Of a stretch of DNA of 32,000 nucleotides, positions 1 through 9,644 are shown piece by piece. The DNA comes from an uncultured archaeon. Its GTDB lineage: Archaea; Asgardarchaeota; Jordiarchaeia; Jordiarchaeales; Jordiarchaeaceae. The notes beneath the pieces are model-generated. The model saw only the letters and a list, made by a program, of their open reading frames with translations, was not told where the DNA came from and made no database searches. The translations under genes and the position numbers were made by a program. The stretch covers positions 3,704-35,703 of the forward strand of contig CAZECW010000082.1 of assembly GCA_964510585.1 (NCBI GenBank), given 5' to 3'. Each line of letters starts with the position of its first letter. The first letter of the stretch is position 1.

Positions 1-113
1 TAATTTTTGTAATATGCTATTTTTGTCGAAACTATCTAAACTAAAATGGGTTATTTATATAAGTAGGTTATAATAATTCTACTTGCTACCGACGATTATA
101 GTGAGGGTTTAAG

Positions 114-803
114 TTGTTGGAAAGCGTAGAAAAGGTGGTTAAAGAAAATTTCGACCCAGAAATAGTGGCAATGTTTATTAAAGAAGCTGTTCGAGTAATT
201 GGAGACCTCTTTGGTTCAGCATTCGTTAAAAGTATTATAAATTATGCGCTAGAGATGGAATCCGAAAAAATCGGCGAGAAAAAACCAGAGAACATCAATA
301 ACATTGATGAGGCTTTTGAATACTTTAAAGAGCACAGGGATAAGTATCCTAACTTCTTTAACTGCTTTATTTACGGTATTGCAAAGGCTGAGAAAATGTT
401 CGAGGGGTCAACAGCATCGGGTGCAAAAAATCTAGCTCAAACCGCAATCAGAAAAATAATAGATAGTTCAGGACTGTTGAACGAAGTAAAGGGCAAAATC
501 TTAAACATTTACGAAGCCCTTCTACGATACATAGAGATAGTCGATATCGTTAGAGCTACAACCCCCCAACGCATAGTAAACCAGTCCGAAAAAGTAATAT
601 TCCAAGAAATAGGGGAATGCCCTTGGAAAGACAGCTGCAAAGCCATGGAAAAAGAGGGAATTACACGAATGACAGGAGGACCGGAATGCGTAGTACTGAT
701 TACTAATAGTGCCGCGGTAAGTTTGATCTCAGGAAAACTTGTCGACTACAAATTGGACAAATTCAACCAGCCAAACTGCCAAGGAAGAATCTTTGAAATC
801 TAA
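114..803 (+). CDS. Hypothetical protein with C-terminal Cys4 V4R/MetOD1-like domain (paralog of 31202..31849)
   Basis: 229-aa ORF with a TTG start after GTGAGGG. C-terminal CPWKDSC...EC...C pattern. Aligns along its full length with the ORF at 31202..31849. The family name is inferred from the Cys pattern only. Confidence 0.7.
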   Translation: MLESVEKVVKENFDPEIVAMFIKEAVRVIGDLFGSAFVKSIINYALEMESEKIGEKKPENINNIDEAFEYFKEHRDKYPNFFNCFIYGIAKAEKMFEGSTASGAKNLAQTAIRKIIDSSGLLNEVKGKILNIYEALLRYIEIVDIVRATTPQRIVNQSEKVIFQEIGECPWKDSCKAMEKEGITRMTGGPECVVLITNSAAVSLISGKLVDYKLDKFNQPNCQGRIFEI

Positions 804-935
804 ATCAAGGAAAGTAGAGCTTCACACTTCCCCTTCAATTTATTTAATTTTCACAGCGATTTTGGATTTTATCGTAGTGGTGACCAATCACTTATTCGCC
901 GAAATTTTGAATAAAAGGGGTGTGGAAAATTTTTG

Positions 936-1766
936 TTAAACTGATTTGATGAACTCGGTTAATTCTTTGTTGAGCTTTTCGGGTTCTTCGTAGAGTATGT
1001 TGTGTCCGCTTTTTTCGAAAATTACCAATTTCGAGTTTTTAATGTGTTGTTTCATGTATTTACTGACTTCTGGTGGAAAGAGTTGGCTCCCACCTCCGTA
1101 TGCTAGGAGTACTGGCACCTTAATTTTCGGTAGAATATCTCTGTAGTCGTTTAAGCATAAACTAACAAATAGTCCTGTGGTTGCTAGGAGTGAGGTGTTG
1201 AGACTCATTTTGACAAGTGTCTCAATTTCTTCTCTGGGCAGGTCTTCCAGCTTTTTATCTCTGTGGTAGCCCATGATTACTGAGGCTTCCACATTTCCAC
1301 GGGCATCTTCGAACAACTGTCCCAGTAGCAAAAGGCTTAGCTCGCAATTCAAGGCGCCACCTATCCCCATTTTCCAATCGTCACTACACATAAACTTTGG
1401 GGTCATATCTATAAAGCACATACCACTGAAATCTTCGTCTCCATATAATTTCAAATATTCAAAGAGGGTGGCCGCACCCATAGAGTGCCCCACAGCCACT
1501 GGCTTTTCGAGTTTCAACTTCTTCATAATGGTCTTTAGGTCTCTTGCCAGCCAGTTTAGATTAAGGTGTTTCTCGGGCTTATCAGATTCCCCGTGCCCCC
1601 GGTGGTCATAGGTGACTACTTGGAAATGTTTAGAGAGTTCCGGCACTTGACGCATCCAATTTGCCCTTCCACCAGTCCAACCATGTATTAGAATCACCGG
1701 CTTACCTTTTCCTTTGAGTTCATACCTTAATTTTACCCCATCTTCCATTTCTACAAAATTAGACAT
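936..1766 (-). CDS. Alpha/beta-fold hydrolase (non-heme haloperoxidase/enol-lactonase-like)
   Basis: HGWTGG oxyanion motif, YDHRGHGES, nucleophile elbow GHSMG, catalytic His in GHNILYEEP. ATG at 1766 follows GGTGGA. Confidence 0.9.
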   Translation of the reverse strand: MSNFVEMEDGVKLRYELKGKGKPVILIHGWTGGRANWMRQVPELSKHFQVVTYDHRGHGESDKPEKHLNLNWLARDLKTIMKKLKLEKPVAVGHSMGAATLFEYLKLYGDEDFSGMCFIDMTPKFMCSDDWKMGIGGALNCELSLLLLGQLFEDARGNVEASVIMGYHRDKKLEDLPREEIETLVKMSLNTSLLATTGLFVSLCLNDYRDILPKIKVPVLLAYGGGSQLFPPEVSKYMKQHIKNSKLVIFEKSGHNILYEEPEKLNKELTEFIKSV

Positions 1767-2091
1767 ATCCACCACTTTTCCAACATATTTTATTGTGTGA
1801 ATATTTAATTCCTTTTCATAAGATATATTTTTGTGAGAGTCAAATCAAGATGCATAAAGGTAAATGACACGTTTATCCGCGGCCTTTTACTATGGAGAAT
1901 TTGGAGGACAGAATTAAAACCTGTTATTATATGAGTCGGCTTCCCAGTCAAGCACTGAGCCCCCTAAAAAAATTTGTGCATTAGGCTTAAGTCCATGCAA
2001 TCTTGTGTGAAACTTCTGTCAAAAGGGGGGAATCAGTTTTAGAAAAATTGGAAAAGGAAGGATGAAGGATAATATTCTGTAGGTGAATAGG

Positions 2092-3771
2092 TTAGAAGTA
2101 TGCTTCGGTTATGTATCTGCGCATCATTCTGTGGCTGTTAAAGTAGTAAGCGATTTTTCCAATGGAGTTCTTCATCATTTCTATCCATTCGTCTCTTCTC
2201 TGATAATACATGGGGACAATTACGTATTCCAACTTGTTGTACAGGTCTTCTAGTTCTCTAGCTCTGCGCTCCGGCTCTGAGACCTCTTCCTCTGGAAGGG
2301 GCCCTATTGCCCAGCCGGTTACTCCCTCAATCCAGCCTTCAATCCACCAACCATCAAGAACGCTGAAGTTTAACACTCCATTGTGTGCTGCCTTCATTCC
2401 ACTTGTGCCTGAAGCTTCTAGCGGCGGCATAGGAGTATTTAGCCAAACATCTGATCCTGGAATGAGCTTGAAAGCTGTGCTCATGTTGTAGTTTGGTAGG
2501 TAGGCTATCTTTATTCTGTCCTTTAGTGTTTCAATGTAACCGAAGATTTCCTTAATTAGCCTTTTTCCCGATTCGTCTCGGGGATGGGCTTTACCTGCGA
2601 ATATGAGTTGGATTCTGCCCTTCCTATTAATTTTCCTTAGCTTATCCAAGTCTGAGAATATTAGAGTCGCCCTTTTGTATCCAGTAGCCCTCCGCGCAAA
2701 TCCAATTGTTAGAGTGTTGTAGTCCATGCCTACCTTGGTTGTTTCGTTTACAAAATCTATTAGCGTCTTTTTGGCGTCCTGGTGAGCCTCCCACACTTCT
2801 TCGTTAGGAATCGTGTCAACCCTTACAAGTAACTCCGGCTCGTTAGCCCACCCCGGAATATATTTATCAAACAGTTTTTTGAAGGGGTCACTGGTCCACG
2901 TGTAGGAATGAACCCCGTTGGTTATTGCATTAATCTGGTAACCGGGAAATAGTTGACTTGAGGTTAGCTGATACTTTTTGGACACACCATTAATGTACTC
3001 GCTCAGGTTTAAGGCTAGGCGGGTCATGTTTAACAGGTCATGGCCGCCCAATTTCTTCAGTGTGTCCAAGGGAATAAAATCATCAAGAACCTCTCTGACT
3101 AGGTCGTAGCTGAATTTGTCGTGTGCAGCGTCAACGGGAGTGTGGGTGGTAAATATACACAGGTTTCTGACCCTCTCTATGTCCATTCCAAATTTTCGCA
3201 ATAACTCCAAAGCTAGGAGGCTGGAGTGTCCCTCATTCATATGGTACCTCCTGATTTGGAAGCCCAAAGCATCAAGAATTCTTACACCACCCACTCCTAG
3301 AACGACCTCTTGTTTGAGGCGGTATATTCCATCGTCTCCATAGAGGTTGTTGGTTATTGCTCTATCTTCTGGAGTGTTTCCCTCCACATCGGTATCCAGA
3401 AAAAGAACTGGGATAGCTCCCCCCACAAGACTTTTCACCTCATAAAGCCAGGCTCTAACTTTCACGTCCCTTCTTTGAATCTGCACCTTAACTTCTGCTG
3501 GGAGAAGTTTCATAAATTTGGATGGGTCCCACTCGTCGGGATATTCTATCTGCCACCCATCGCTGGTTAATTCTTGTCTGAAGTAGCCTTTTCTACTAAC
3601 CAGTGTCACTGCAACCAGTGGGAGCTTTAAATCTGCACTCGACCTTACAGTGTCGCCGGCTAGTATTCCCAACCCCCCACTATATGTGGGAATTCCGCCA
3701 TCTAGCCCTATTTCCATACTGAAAAAAGCAATACTTTGCTTTCCAATGGTGTACGGTAGGCATTCACCCAA
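2092..3771 (-). CDS. glgP: Alpha-glucan (glycogen/maltodextrin) phosphorylase, short form
   Basis: FSMEIG, YSGGLGILAGD, HMNEGHS, FTTHTPV, ARRATGYKR, and the PLP-lysine motif EASGTSGMKAAHNG. Confidence 0.95.
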   Translation of the reverse strand: MGECLPYTIGKQSIAFFSMEIGLDGGIPTYSGGLGILAGDTVRSSADLKLPLVAVTLVSRKGYFRQELTSDGWQIEYPDEWDPSKFMKLLPAEVKVQIQRRDVKVRAWLYEVKSLVGGAIPVLFLDTDVEGNTPEDRAITNNLYGDDGIYRLKQEVVLGVGGVRILDALGFQIRRYHMNEGHSSLLALELLRKFGMDIERVRNLCIFTTHTPVDAAHDKFSYDLVREVLDDFIPLDTLKKLGGHDLLNMTRLALNLSEYINGVSKKYQLTSSQLFPGYQINAITNGVHSYTWTSDPFKKLFDKYIPGWANEPELLVRVDTIPNEEVWEAHQDAKKTLIDFVNETTKVGMDYNTLTIGFARRATGYKRATLIFSDLDKLRKINRKGRIQLIFAGKAHPRDESGKRLIKEIFGYIETLKDRIKIAYLPNYNMSTAFKLIPGSDVWLNTPMPPLEASGTSGMKAAHNGVLNFSVLDGWWIEGWIEGVTGWAIGPLPEEEVSEPERRARELEDLYNKLEYVIVPMYYQRRDEWIEMMKNSIGKIAYYFNSHRMMRRYITEAYF

Positions 3772-3883
3772 TTTTCCAGTCAGGCCTCTTTTCTTTTTTG
3801 ATATTTTTTAGGTTCACGAGTCTTTTTACTCAAACATTTATATAAACAGTTAGCAGAATATTTCTATAATAGTGCTATAACCC

Positions 3884-3900
3884 CATCACTACTATTGATA
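3884..3900. promoter_or_regulatory. Candidate TrmB-family (TGM-like) operator between divergent glgP and treS
   Basis: CATCAC-TACTA-TTGATA versus the Thermococcales glycolytic motif TATCAC-N5-GTGATA (2 mismatches). Single instance in AT-rich DNA. Confidence 0.25.
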
Positions 3901-4217
3901 AATAATTGTACTTGCTTACAGTTAAGGCTTTTTGTATAATTTAGTATGTTAACTCCTTTGAAATTTTGGCTTTAAAGGTATAAATTGTGCTCTCTTCTAT
4001 TTTAAAGTTTATGCTGTGGGATAGTATTTAAAGGCCAATGCTTTTATTAGCACATCTCTAAATATTTTTCGTAGGATACCCTTTTTATAGGAGCATTAAT
4101 TTGTACACTTTGGAATTTGGTGAAGCTTCTTTGAGTGTTGATAAAATTTTTAAGGATTCAAAAAATTCCAAAAATTGATTGTTTTTAGCGTTTCTATGGT
4201 GGTTGGGAAGGTTACTT

Positions 4218-7200
4218 ATGAGTGGTTGTGAAGCATATTTGGAAGATGAGCCTCTGTGGTATAAGGATGCTGTTATTTATGAGGTTCATGTTAAGGCGTT
4301 TTATGATAGTAGCAATGATGGTGTAGGGGACTTTCGTGGGCTCATAGAAAAGCTTGACTATCTTCAAGGCTTGGGAGTTACCGCCATTTGGCTATTACCA
4401 TTTTTCCCCTCACCTCTAAAGGATGACGGATACGATATTGCAGATTATTTTGGAGTCCACCCCTATTATGGTACACTAAACGATTTTAGGGAGTTCCTAA
4501 GGGAGGCTCATAAACGCGGCCTTCGCGTCATTATAGAACTTGTTTTAAACCATACATCGGACCAGAACCTGTGGTTTCAGAGAGCAAGAAGAGCTAAGCC
4601 AGGCTCCAAATGGAGGGAATTCTACGTATGGAGTGATACGCCGGAAAAGTACAAGGAGGCAAGGATAATCTTTAAGGATTTTGAAACTTCCAACTGGGCA
4701 TGGGACCCCGTAGCTAAGGCTTATTACTGGCACCGCTTCTACTCCCATCAACCAGACCTAAACTATGATAACCCCATGGTACATGAAGCAATATTTCGTG
4801 TAATTGACTATTGGTTGGAAATGGGTGTAGATGGCCTAAGGTTAGACGCTGTTCCATACCTGTATGAACGCGACGGCACCAATTGTGAGAATCTCCCAGA
4901 AACTTACGAATTCTTGGAAAAGTTAAGGGCTCATGTGGATAGCAAGTTTAGGAACCGTATGTTGCTGGCGGAGGCTAACCAGTGGCCGGAGGACGCAGTA
5001 GCCTATTTTGGCAAGGGTAACAGGTGCCACATGGCTTTCCATTTCCCACTAATGCCCAGAATCTTTATGGCGGTTCAAATGGAGGATCGCTTCCCAATAA
5101 TTGATATTATGGAGCAGACCCCAACTATACCCGAGTCTTGCCAATGGGCATTGTTCCTGCGAAACCACGACGAATTGACCCTTGAAATGGTTACAGACGA
5201 AGAGCGTGACTACATGTACCGCATCTACGCTAGGGATCCTAAAGCAAGGATAAACTTGGGGATCCGCCGCCGCTTGGCACCGCTACTTGAAAATGACCGA
5301 AGAAAAATAGAACTAATGAACATACTACTCCTCTCCTTTCCAGGTACACCGGTTATCTACTATGGTGACGAAATTGGTATGGGAGACAATTATTATCTCG
5401 GCGACCGAAACGGGGTTCGCACCCCAATGCAGTGGAGCCCAGACAGAAACGCAGGCTTTTCCAAAGCCAATCCTCAAAAGCTATATCTCCCAGTAATTAT
5501 TGATCCCGAATATCACTATGAAGCAGTAAATGTGGAAAATCAGGAGAAAAATTTTAACTCACTTCTCTGGTGGATGAAACGCCTAATTGCGACGCGTAAA
5601 CGCTTCAAGGCCTTTGGTAGGGGAAGCATCGAATTCCTCTATCCCGAAAATTCAAAAATTCTAGCCTTCATTCGCAAGTATCAGGATGAAACTATTCTGG
5701 TAGTCGTGAATCTTTCAAGATTTTCACAAGTGGTTGAGTTGGACCTCTCAAAATATGTGGGATTTGTTCCAGAAGAAGTTTTTAGCAAAAATAAGTTCCC
5801 CACCATCAAGGATTCTCGATATGTACTGACACTGGGGCCATATGCTTATTACTGGTTTTTGTTGCAAGAGGAGGAGAAGCTTAAGAGTGTCGTTAGGGAA
5901 AAAGTTTTACCCCGCCTAGTTGTGAAAACAAGTTGGGAAAATGTGCTGGAGGGCAGAATGAGGGAGAGGCTGGAAGAAGAAGTTTTGCCCAACTATTTGA
6001 GGGGCTGCCGCTGGTTTATTGGAAAATCTCTGACTATACAAGAAATTTCTGTTATCAGCGACATCCCCATTACTGATAAATCAGTTCTTGCACACCTACT
6101 CCTCTTTGAAGTAAAATATTCGGAGGGATTATCAGAAAAGTATCAGCTACCAGTAACCTTCGCCTCAAAGGAAAAAGCCAAAAAAATGGTGGAGGAATCC
6201 CCACAGTGTGTAATAGCAAATATTCGCGTAGACGAGGAGGAGGGGATCCTTTATGACGCATATTATGATGAGGGCTTCCGTCAATATCTGCTCTCAATGT
6301 TCTCACATAAAAGAAAAATAAAGGGAAATTGGGGTGAGCTCTTAGCCCCTAGGAGTCCAAAATTTTGGAAGCTACTTGGTAGTAGAGGGATTTCCTTAAA
6401 TTCTCAGATTGTCAAAGGCGAGCATGATAACACGTGCATCACATATGAAAATGTGTTCTTCCTAAAACTGTATCGTAAGCTGGACGAAGGGGAAAATCCA
6501 GACCACGAAATCATAAAATACTTATCCAGTCAAGGTAGCTTTTCCCAAATTCCCCCATTTGCAGGCGTAATCCAGTACCTACCACAGGACGGAGCGCCCT
6601 TCATAATTGGGGTTCTTGAGGGATATGTTCTCAACCAAGGTAACGCTTGGAAATACAGTTTTGACGCTGTCGGCCAATATTCTGAAAGAGTATTGTCTAA
6701 AAAGATGGAGACACCGAGAATTCCTCAAAATCTTTTTCCAGTATTACGTTTTTCAGAGATCCCCCCATTGTTCCAGGAGCTAATAGGTGGAGTTTACCTA
6801 GAAATGGTTAGCCTGCTGGGAAAAAGAACGGGAGAGCTACACTTGGCACTTAGCCAAGAAACAGAAAATCCAGAATTCACTCCGGAACCCTTTTCCACCC
6901 TTTACCAGAGAGCGGTTTATCAATCTATGAGGAGCCTAGTGCGAAGGGTAACGCTATCGTTGTCGAGAAATCTTGAGAAACTCCCAGAAAAAGTGCAAGA
7001 AGAAGCCCTTGGAATAATAGCTTCTGAGAATGAAGTTTTGAACCATATGCAAAAAATTTTACGGAAAAAAATATCAACAATGAAAATACGCATCCATGGC
7101 AATTACCACCTGGAACATATTCTATATACGGGAAAGGACTTTGTAATTATTGATTTTGAGGGTGAATCTGCACGTGCACTTAGCGAAAGAAGATTGAAAC

Positions 7201-7553
7201 GCTCCCCCCTCAGGGACGTTGCAGCAATATTGCGTTCATTTGAATATGTGGCTTTTAGAGCTCTTCAGCAGCATGCATCCCTCAGAGCTGAGGACACTAT
7301 TCTACTGGAATCATGGATTAAACTATGGTGCTATTACGTAAGTGGCGTTTTTCTGCATTCCTACCTCAATACTGTGGGGAAGGCTCCCATTGTACCGACG
7401 GATAAGGAGGAGTTCCAGGTATTGCTCGAAGCCTTCCTCCTAGAAAAAGCATTTTACGAACTGAGCTATGAACTCGAAAATCGACCCGATTGGGCAATTA
7501 TCCCCATCAAAGGAATAAAAAACATCTTACAAAGCATGCCAGCAACAAGTTAG
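4218..7553 (+). CDS. treS: Trehalose synthase (GH13_16) fused to a C-terminal maltokinase-like domain with a degenerate active site
   Basis: LWYKDAVIYE, FYSHQPDLN, and an intact catalytic triad (RLDAVPY, LAEANQW, RNHDELTLE). C-terminal Mak/Pep2-like LKLYRK, DFEGE, RDVA, YELENRPDW, but HGNYHLEH replaces HGDYHLGQ. ATG 4218 is preferred over TTG 4179. Confidence 0.95.
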   Translation: MSGCEAYLEDEPLWYKDAVIYEVHVKAFYDSSNDGVGDFRGLIEKLDYLQGLGVTAIWLLPFFPSPLKDDGYDIADYFGVHPYYGTLNDFREFLREAHKRGLRVIIELVLNHTSDQNLWFQRARRAKPGSKWREFYVWSDTPEKYKEARIIFKDFETSNWAWDPVAKAYYWHRFYSHQPDLNYDNPMVHEAIFRVIDYWLEMGVDGLRLDAVPYLYERDGTNCENLPETYEFLEKLRAHVDSKFRNRMLLAEANQWPEDAVAYFGKGNRCHMAFHFPLMPRIFMAVQMEDRFPIIDIMEQTPTIPESCQWALFLRNHDELTLEMVTDEERDYMYRIYARDPKARINLGIRRRLAPLLENDRRKIELMNILLLSFPGTPVIYYGDEIGMGDNYYLGDRNGVRTPMQWSPDRNAGFSKANPQKLYLPVIIDPEYHYEAVNVENQEKNFNSLLWWMKRLIATRKRFKAFGRGSIEFLYPENSKILAFIRKYQDETILVVVNLSRFSQVVELDLSKYVGFVPEEVFSKNKFPTIKDSRYVLTLGPYAYYWFLLQEEEKLKSVVREKVLPRLVVKTSWENVLEGRMRERLEEEVLPNYLRGCRWFIGKSLTIQEISVISDIPITDKSVLAHLLLFEVKYSEGLSEKYQLPVTFASKEKAKKMVEESPQCVIANIRVDEEEGILYDAYYDEGFRQYLLSMFSHKRKIKGNWGELLAPRSPKFWKLLGSRGISLNSQIVKGEHDNTCITYENVFFLKLYRKLDEGENPDHEIIKYLSSQGSFSQIPPFAGVIQYLPQDGAPFIIGVLEGYVLNQGNAWKYSFDAVGQYSERVLSKKMETPRIPQNLFPVLRFSEIPPLFQELIGGVYLEMVSLLGKRTGELHLALSQETENPEFTPEPFSTLYQRAVYQSMRSLVRRVTLSLSRNLEKLPEKVQEEALGIIASENEVLNHMQKILRKKISTMKIRIHGNYHLEHILYTGKDFVIIDFEGESARALSERRLKRSPLRDVAAILRSFEYVAFRALQQHASLRAEDTILLESWIKLWCYYVSGVFLHSYLNTVGKAPIVPTDKEEFQVLLEAFLLEKAFYELSYELENRPDWAIIPIKGIKNILQSMPATS

Positions 7554-7568
7554 AAAGGAGGCTTCAAA

Positions 7569-9512
7569 ATTCCAAAGCGTAAACGAAGACGAAAACCAGA
7601 AAGGGTAAGGTACGATGTGGGACTCATCACAGACCATGACACCTACTTCTTTAAGGAGGGAACTCACTACCGACTCTACGAGAAGCTGGGCTCCCACATC
7701 ATAAAGTCGAATGAGGTTACTGGCACCTACTTCGCAGTCTGGGCCCCCAACGCGGAACGTGTTTCTGTAATTGGTGACTTTAATGGATGGGATCCAGAGG
7801 ATTCCCCTTTGGGGGTAAGATGGGATGGCTCAGGTATCTTTGAGGGATTCATACCCGGTGTCGGCAAGGGGACTCGATACAAGTACCATATAGAATCTAA
7901 GTTCAACAAATACAAAGTGGATAAGGGAGACCCATTTTCCTTTTACTGGGAGGTTCCCCCCAAGACAGCTTCCATTGTTTGGGACTTGGATTATGAGTGG
8001 AAGGATGCGGAGTGGATGAGCAAACGTTACAAGCATAATTCACTTAATGCACCAATGGCCATTTATGAGGTTCACTTAGGCTCTTGGCGAAGGGTTCCTG
8101 AGGAAAACAGCAGGTTCCTCACATACAGGGAAATGGCCGAGTACCTAGTGGACTACGTGAAGGATATGGGGTTCACACATGTAGAATTCCTGCCAGTAAT
8201 GGAGCATCCCTTCTATGGTTCTTGGGGATACCAGATAACTGGGTACTTTGCTCCTACAAGCAGATATGGCACACCTCAGGATTTTATGTATCTTATTGAC
8301 TGTCTTCATCAGAATGATATAGGAGTAATCTTAGATTGGGTTCCCTCACACTTCCCAACCGATGAGCATGGCCTAGGCTTTTTTGATGGCACCCACCTCT
8401 ACGAATATGATGATCCAAGGAGGGGGTTTCACCCTGACTGGAACAGCTTCATTTTTAACTATGCTCGGAACGAAGTGCCCGCCTTTCTCATTAGCAGCAT
8501 TCTATTCTGGCTATCAAAGTATCATGCTGACGGCGTAAGGGTAGATGCTGTAGCATCAATGCTTTACCTCGACTACTCCCGAAAGAATGGTGAGTGGATC
8601 CCTAACCAGTTCGGTGGCAAAGAAAACCTTGAAGCGATTAGTTTCATACGCAGAATGAATGAGGTGGTTTACGGAAATTTTCCCGATGTTCAAACCATAG
8701 CCGAGGAGTCCACCGCTTGGCCCCAAGTTTCAAGGCCCACTTACCTAGGAGGCTTAGGCTTCGGTATGAAGTGGAATATGGGTTGGATGCATGACACCCT
8801 TGAATATATGTCTAAGGATCCCATTTATCGTAAACATTACCACAATACGATAACTTTTAGCATATGGTATGCGTTCTCTGAAAACTTTATACTCCCCCTC
8901 TCTCATGATGAGGTGGTTTATGGCAAAGGCTCTCTTCTGGGCAAGATGCCTGGAGATGAATGGCAGAAATTTGCAAATCTCCGCCTACTATTTGGTTACA
9001 TGTATGCTCATCCAGGCAAAAAGCTTCTATTCATGGGGGGAGAATTTGGGCAGTGGAGGGAATGGAATCATGATTCAAGCCTTGATTGGCATCTTCTTCA
9101 GTATCCACCACACAGGGGCCTCCAGCAATGGGTGAAGGATTTAAACGCGTTTTACATTAGTGAACCAGTGCTTTATGAAGTTGATTTTGAAAGGGAAGGT
9201 TTTGAGTGGATAAATCTCGCTGACTGGGAGCAGAGTGTAATCAGTTTCATAAGAAAGGGCAGAACCACAAAGGACATCTTGCTGGTGATTTGTAACTTCA
9301 CCCCAGTTCCACGATACAAATATATGGTTGGGGTTCCAGTAGACGGCGCTTGGAGATTAGTTTTAAACAGTGATGACAAAAAATATGGAGGAAGCGGGCT
9401 GGTCAAAATCGTTAAAGTCAAGGCCAAAAAGATTCCTTACAACGATAGACCCTATTCCATATCTGTTACCCTTCCGCCCCTAGGAGTCCTCTTCCTTAAA
9501 TGGAAGCCCTAA
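7569..9512 (+). CDS. glgB: 1,4-alpha-glucan branching enzyme (GH13, bacterial-type short form); start probably ATT at 7569, alternative GTG at 7617
   Basis: [37 protein letters not shown] (Asp), AEESTAW (Glu), LSHDEVV. AGGAGG at 7556-7561 lies 7 nt before an in-frame ATT. Confidence 0.93.
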   Translation: MPKRKRRRKPERVRYDVGLITDHDTYFFKEGTHYRLYEKLGSHIIKSNEVTGTYFAVWAPNAERVSVIGDFNGWDPEDSPLGVRWDGSGIFEGFIPGVGKGTRYKYHIESKFNKYKVDKGDPFSFYWEVPPKTASIVWDLDYEWKDAEWMSKRYKHNSLNAPMAIYEVHLGSWRRVPEENSRFLTYREMAEYLVDYVKDMGFTHVEFLPVMEHPFYGSWGYQITGYFAPTSRYGTPQDFMYLIDCLHQNDIGVILDWVPSHFPTDEHGLGFFDGTHLYEYDDPRRGFHPDWNSFIFNYARNEVPAFLISSILFWLSKYHADGVRVDAVASMLYLDYSRKNGEWIPNQFGGKENLEAISFIRRMNEVVYGNFPDVQTIAEESTAWPQVSRPTYLGGLGFGMKWNMGWMHDTLEYMSKDPIYRKHYHNTITFSIWYAFSENFILPLSHDEVVYGKGSLLGKMPGDEWQKFANLRLLFGYMYAHPGKKLLFMGGEFGQWREWNHDSSLDWHLLQYPPHRGLQQWVKDLNAFYISEPVLYEVDFEREGFEWINLADWEQSVISFIRKGRTTKDILLVICNFTPVPRYKYMVGVPVDGAWRLVLNSDDKKYGGSGLVKIVKVKAKKIPYNDRPYSISVTLPPLGVLFLKWKP

Positions 9513-9644
9513 GAATGGGAATTGAAAGCCAAATAGTTAGGGGTGTGGTAACACTTTATTTGTGGAAGAAACTGAAGGTTTCGGCGATGAAGAATAAAAA
9601 CTGGTATTTGGGAAAAGTCGGGCATTTAGTGTGGAGGCAGTTGT

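Noticed and set aside
1945-1962. Small hairpin with ACTGGGAAG on the minus strand (cobalamin riboswitch-like word) around 1935-1965
   Set aside because: Only a short word match. The rest of the riboswitch core is absent, and the flanking genes are unrelated to B12.
7551-7553. Pyrrolysine/amber read-through producing a TreS-Mak-GlgB polyprotein as the main interpretation
   Set aside because: The TreS-Mak homology ends just before the TAG, and a strong RBS immediately follows it. No Pyl machinery is visible. Kept only as a minor alternative.
7569-7598. PKRKRRRK looks like a nuclear localisation signal
   Set aside because: Basic, low-complexity N-terminal tails are common on bacterial-type GlgB, and an NLS has no functional basis in a prokaryote.
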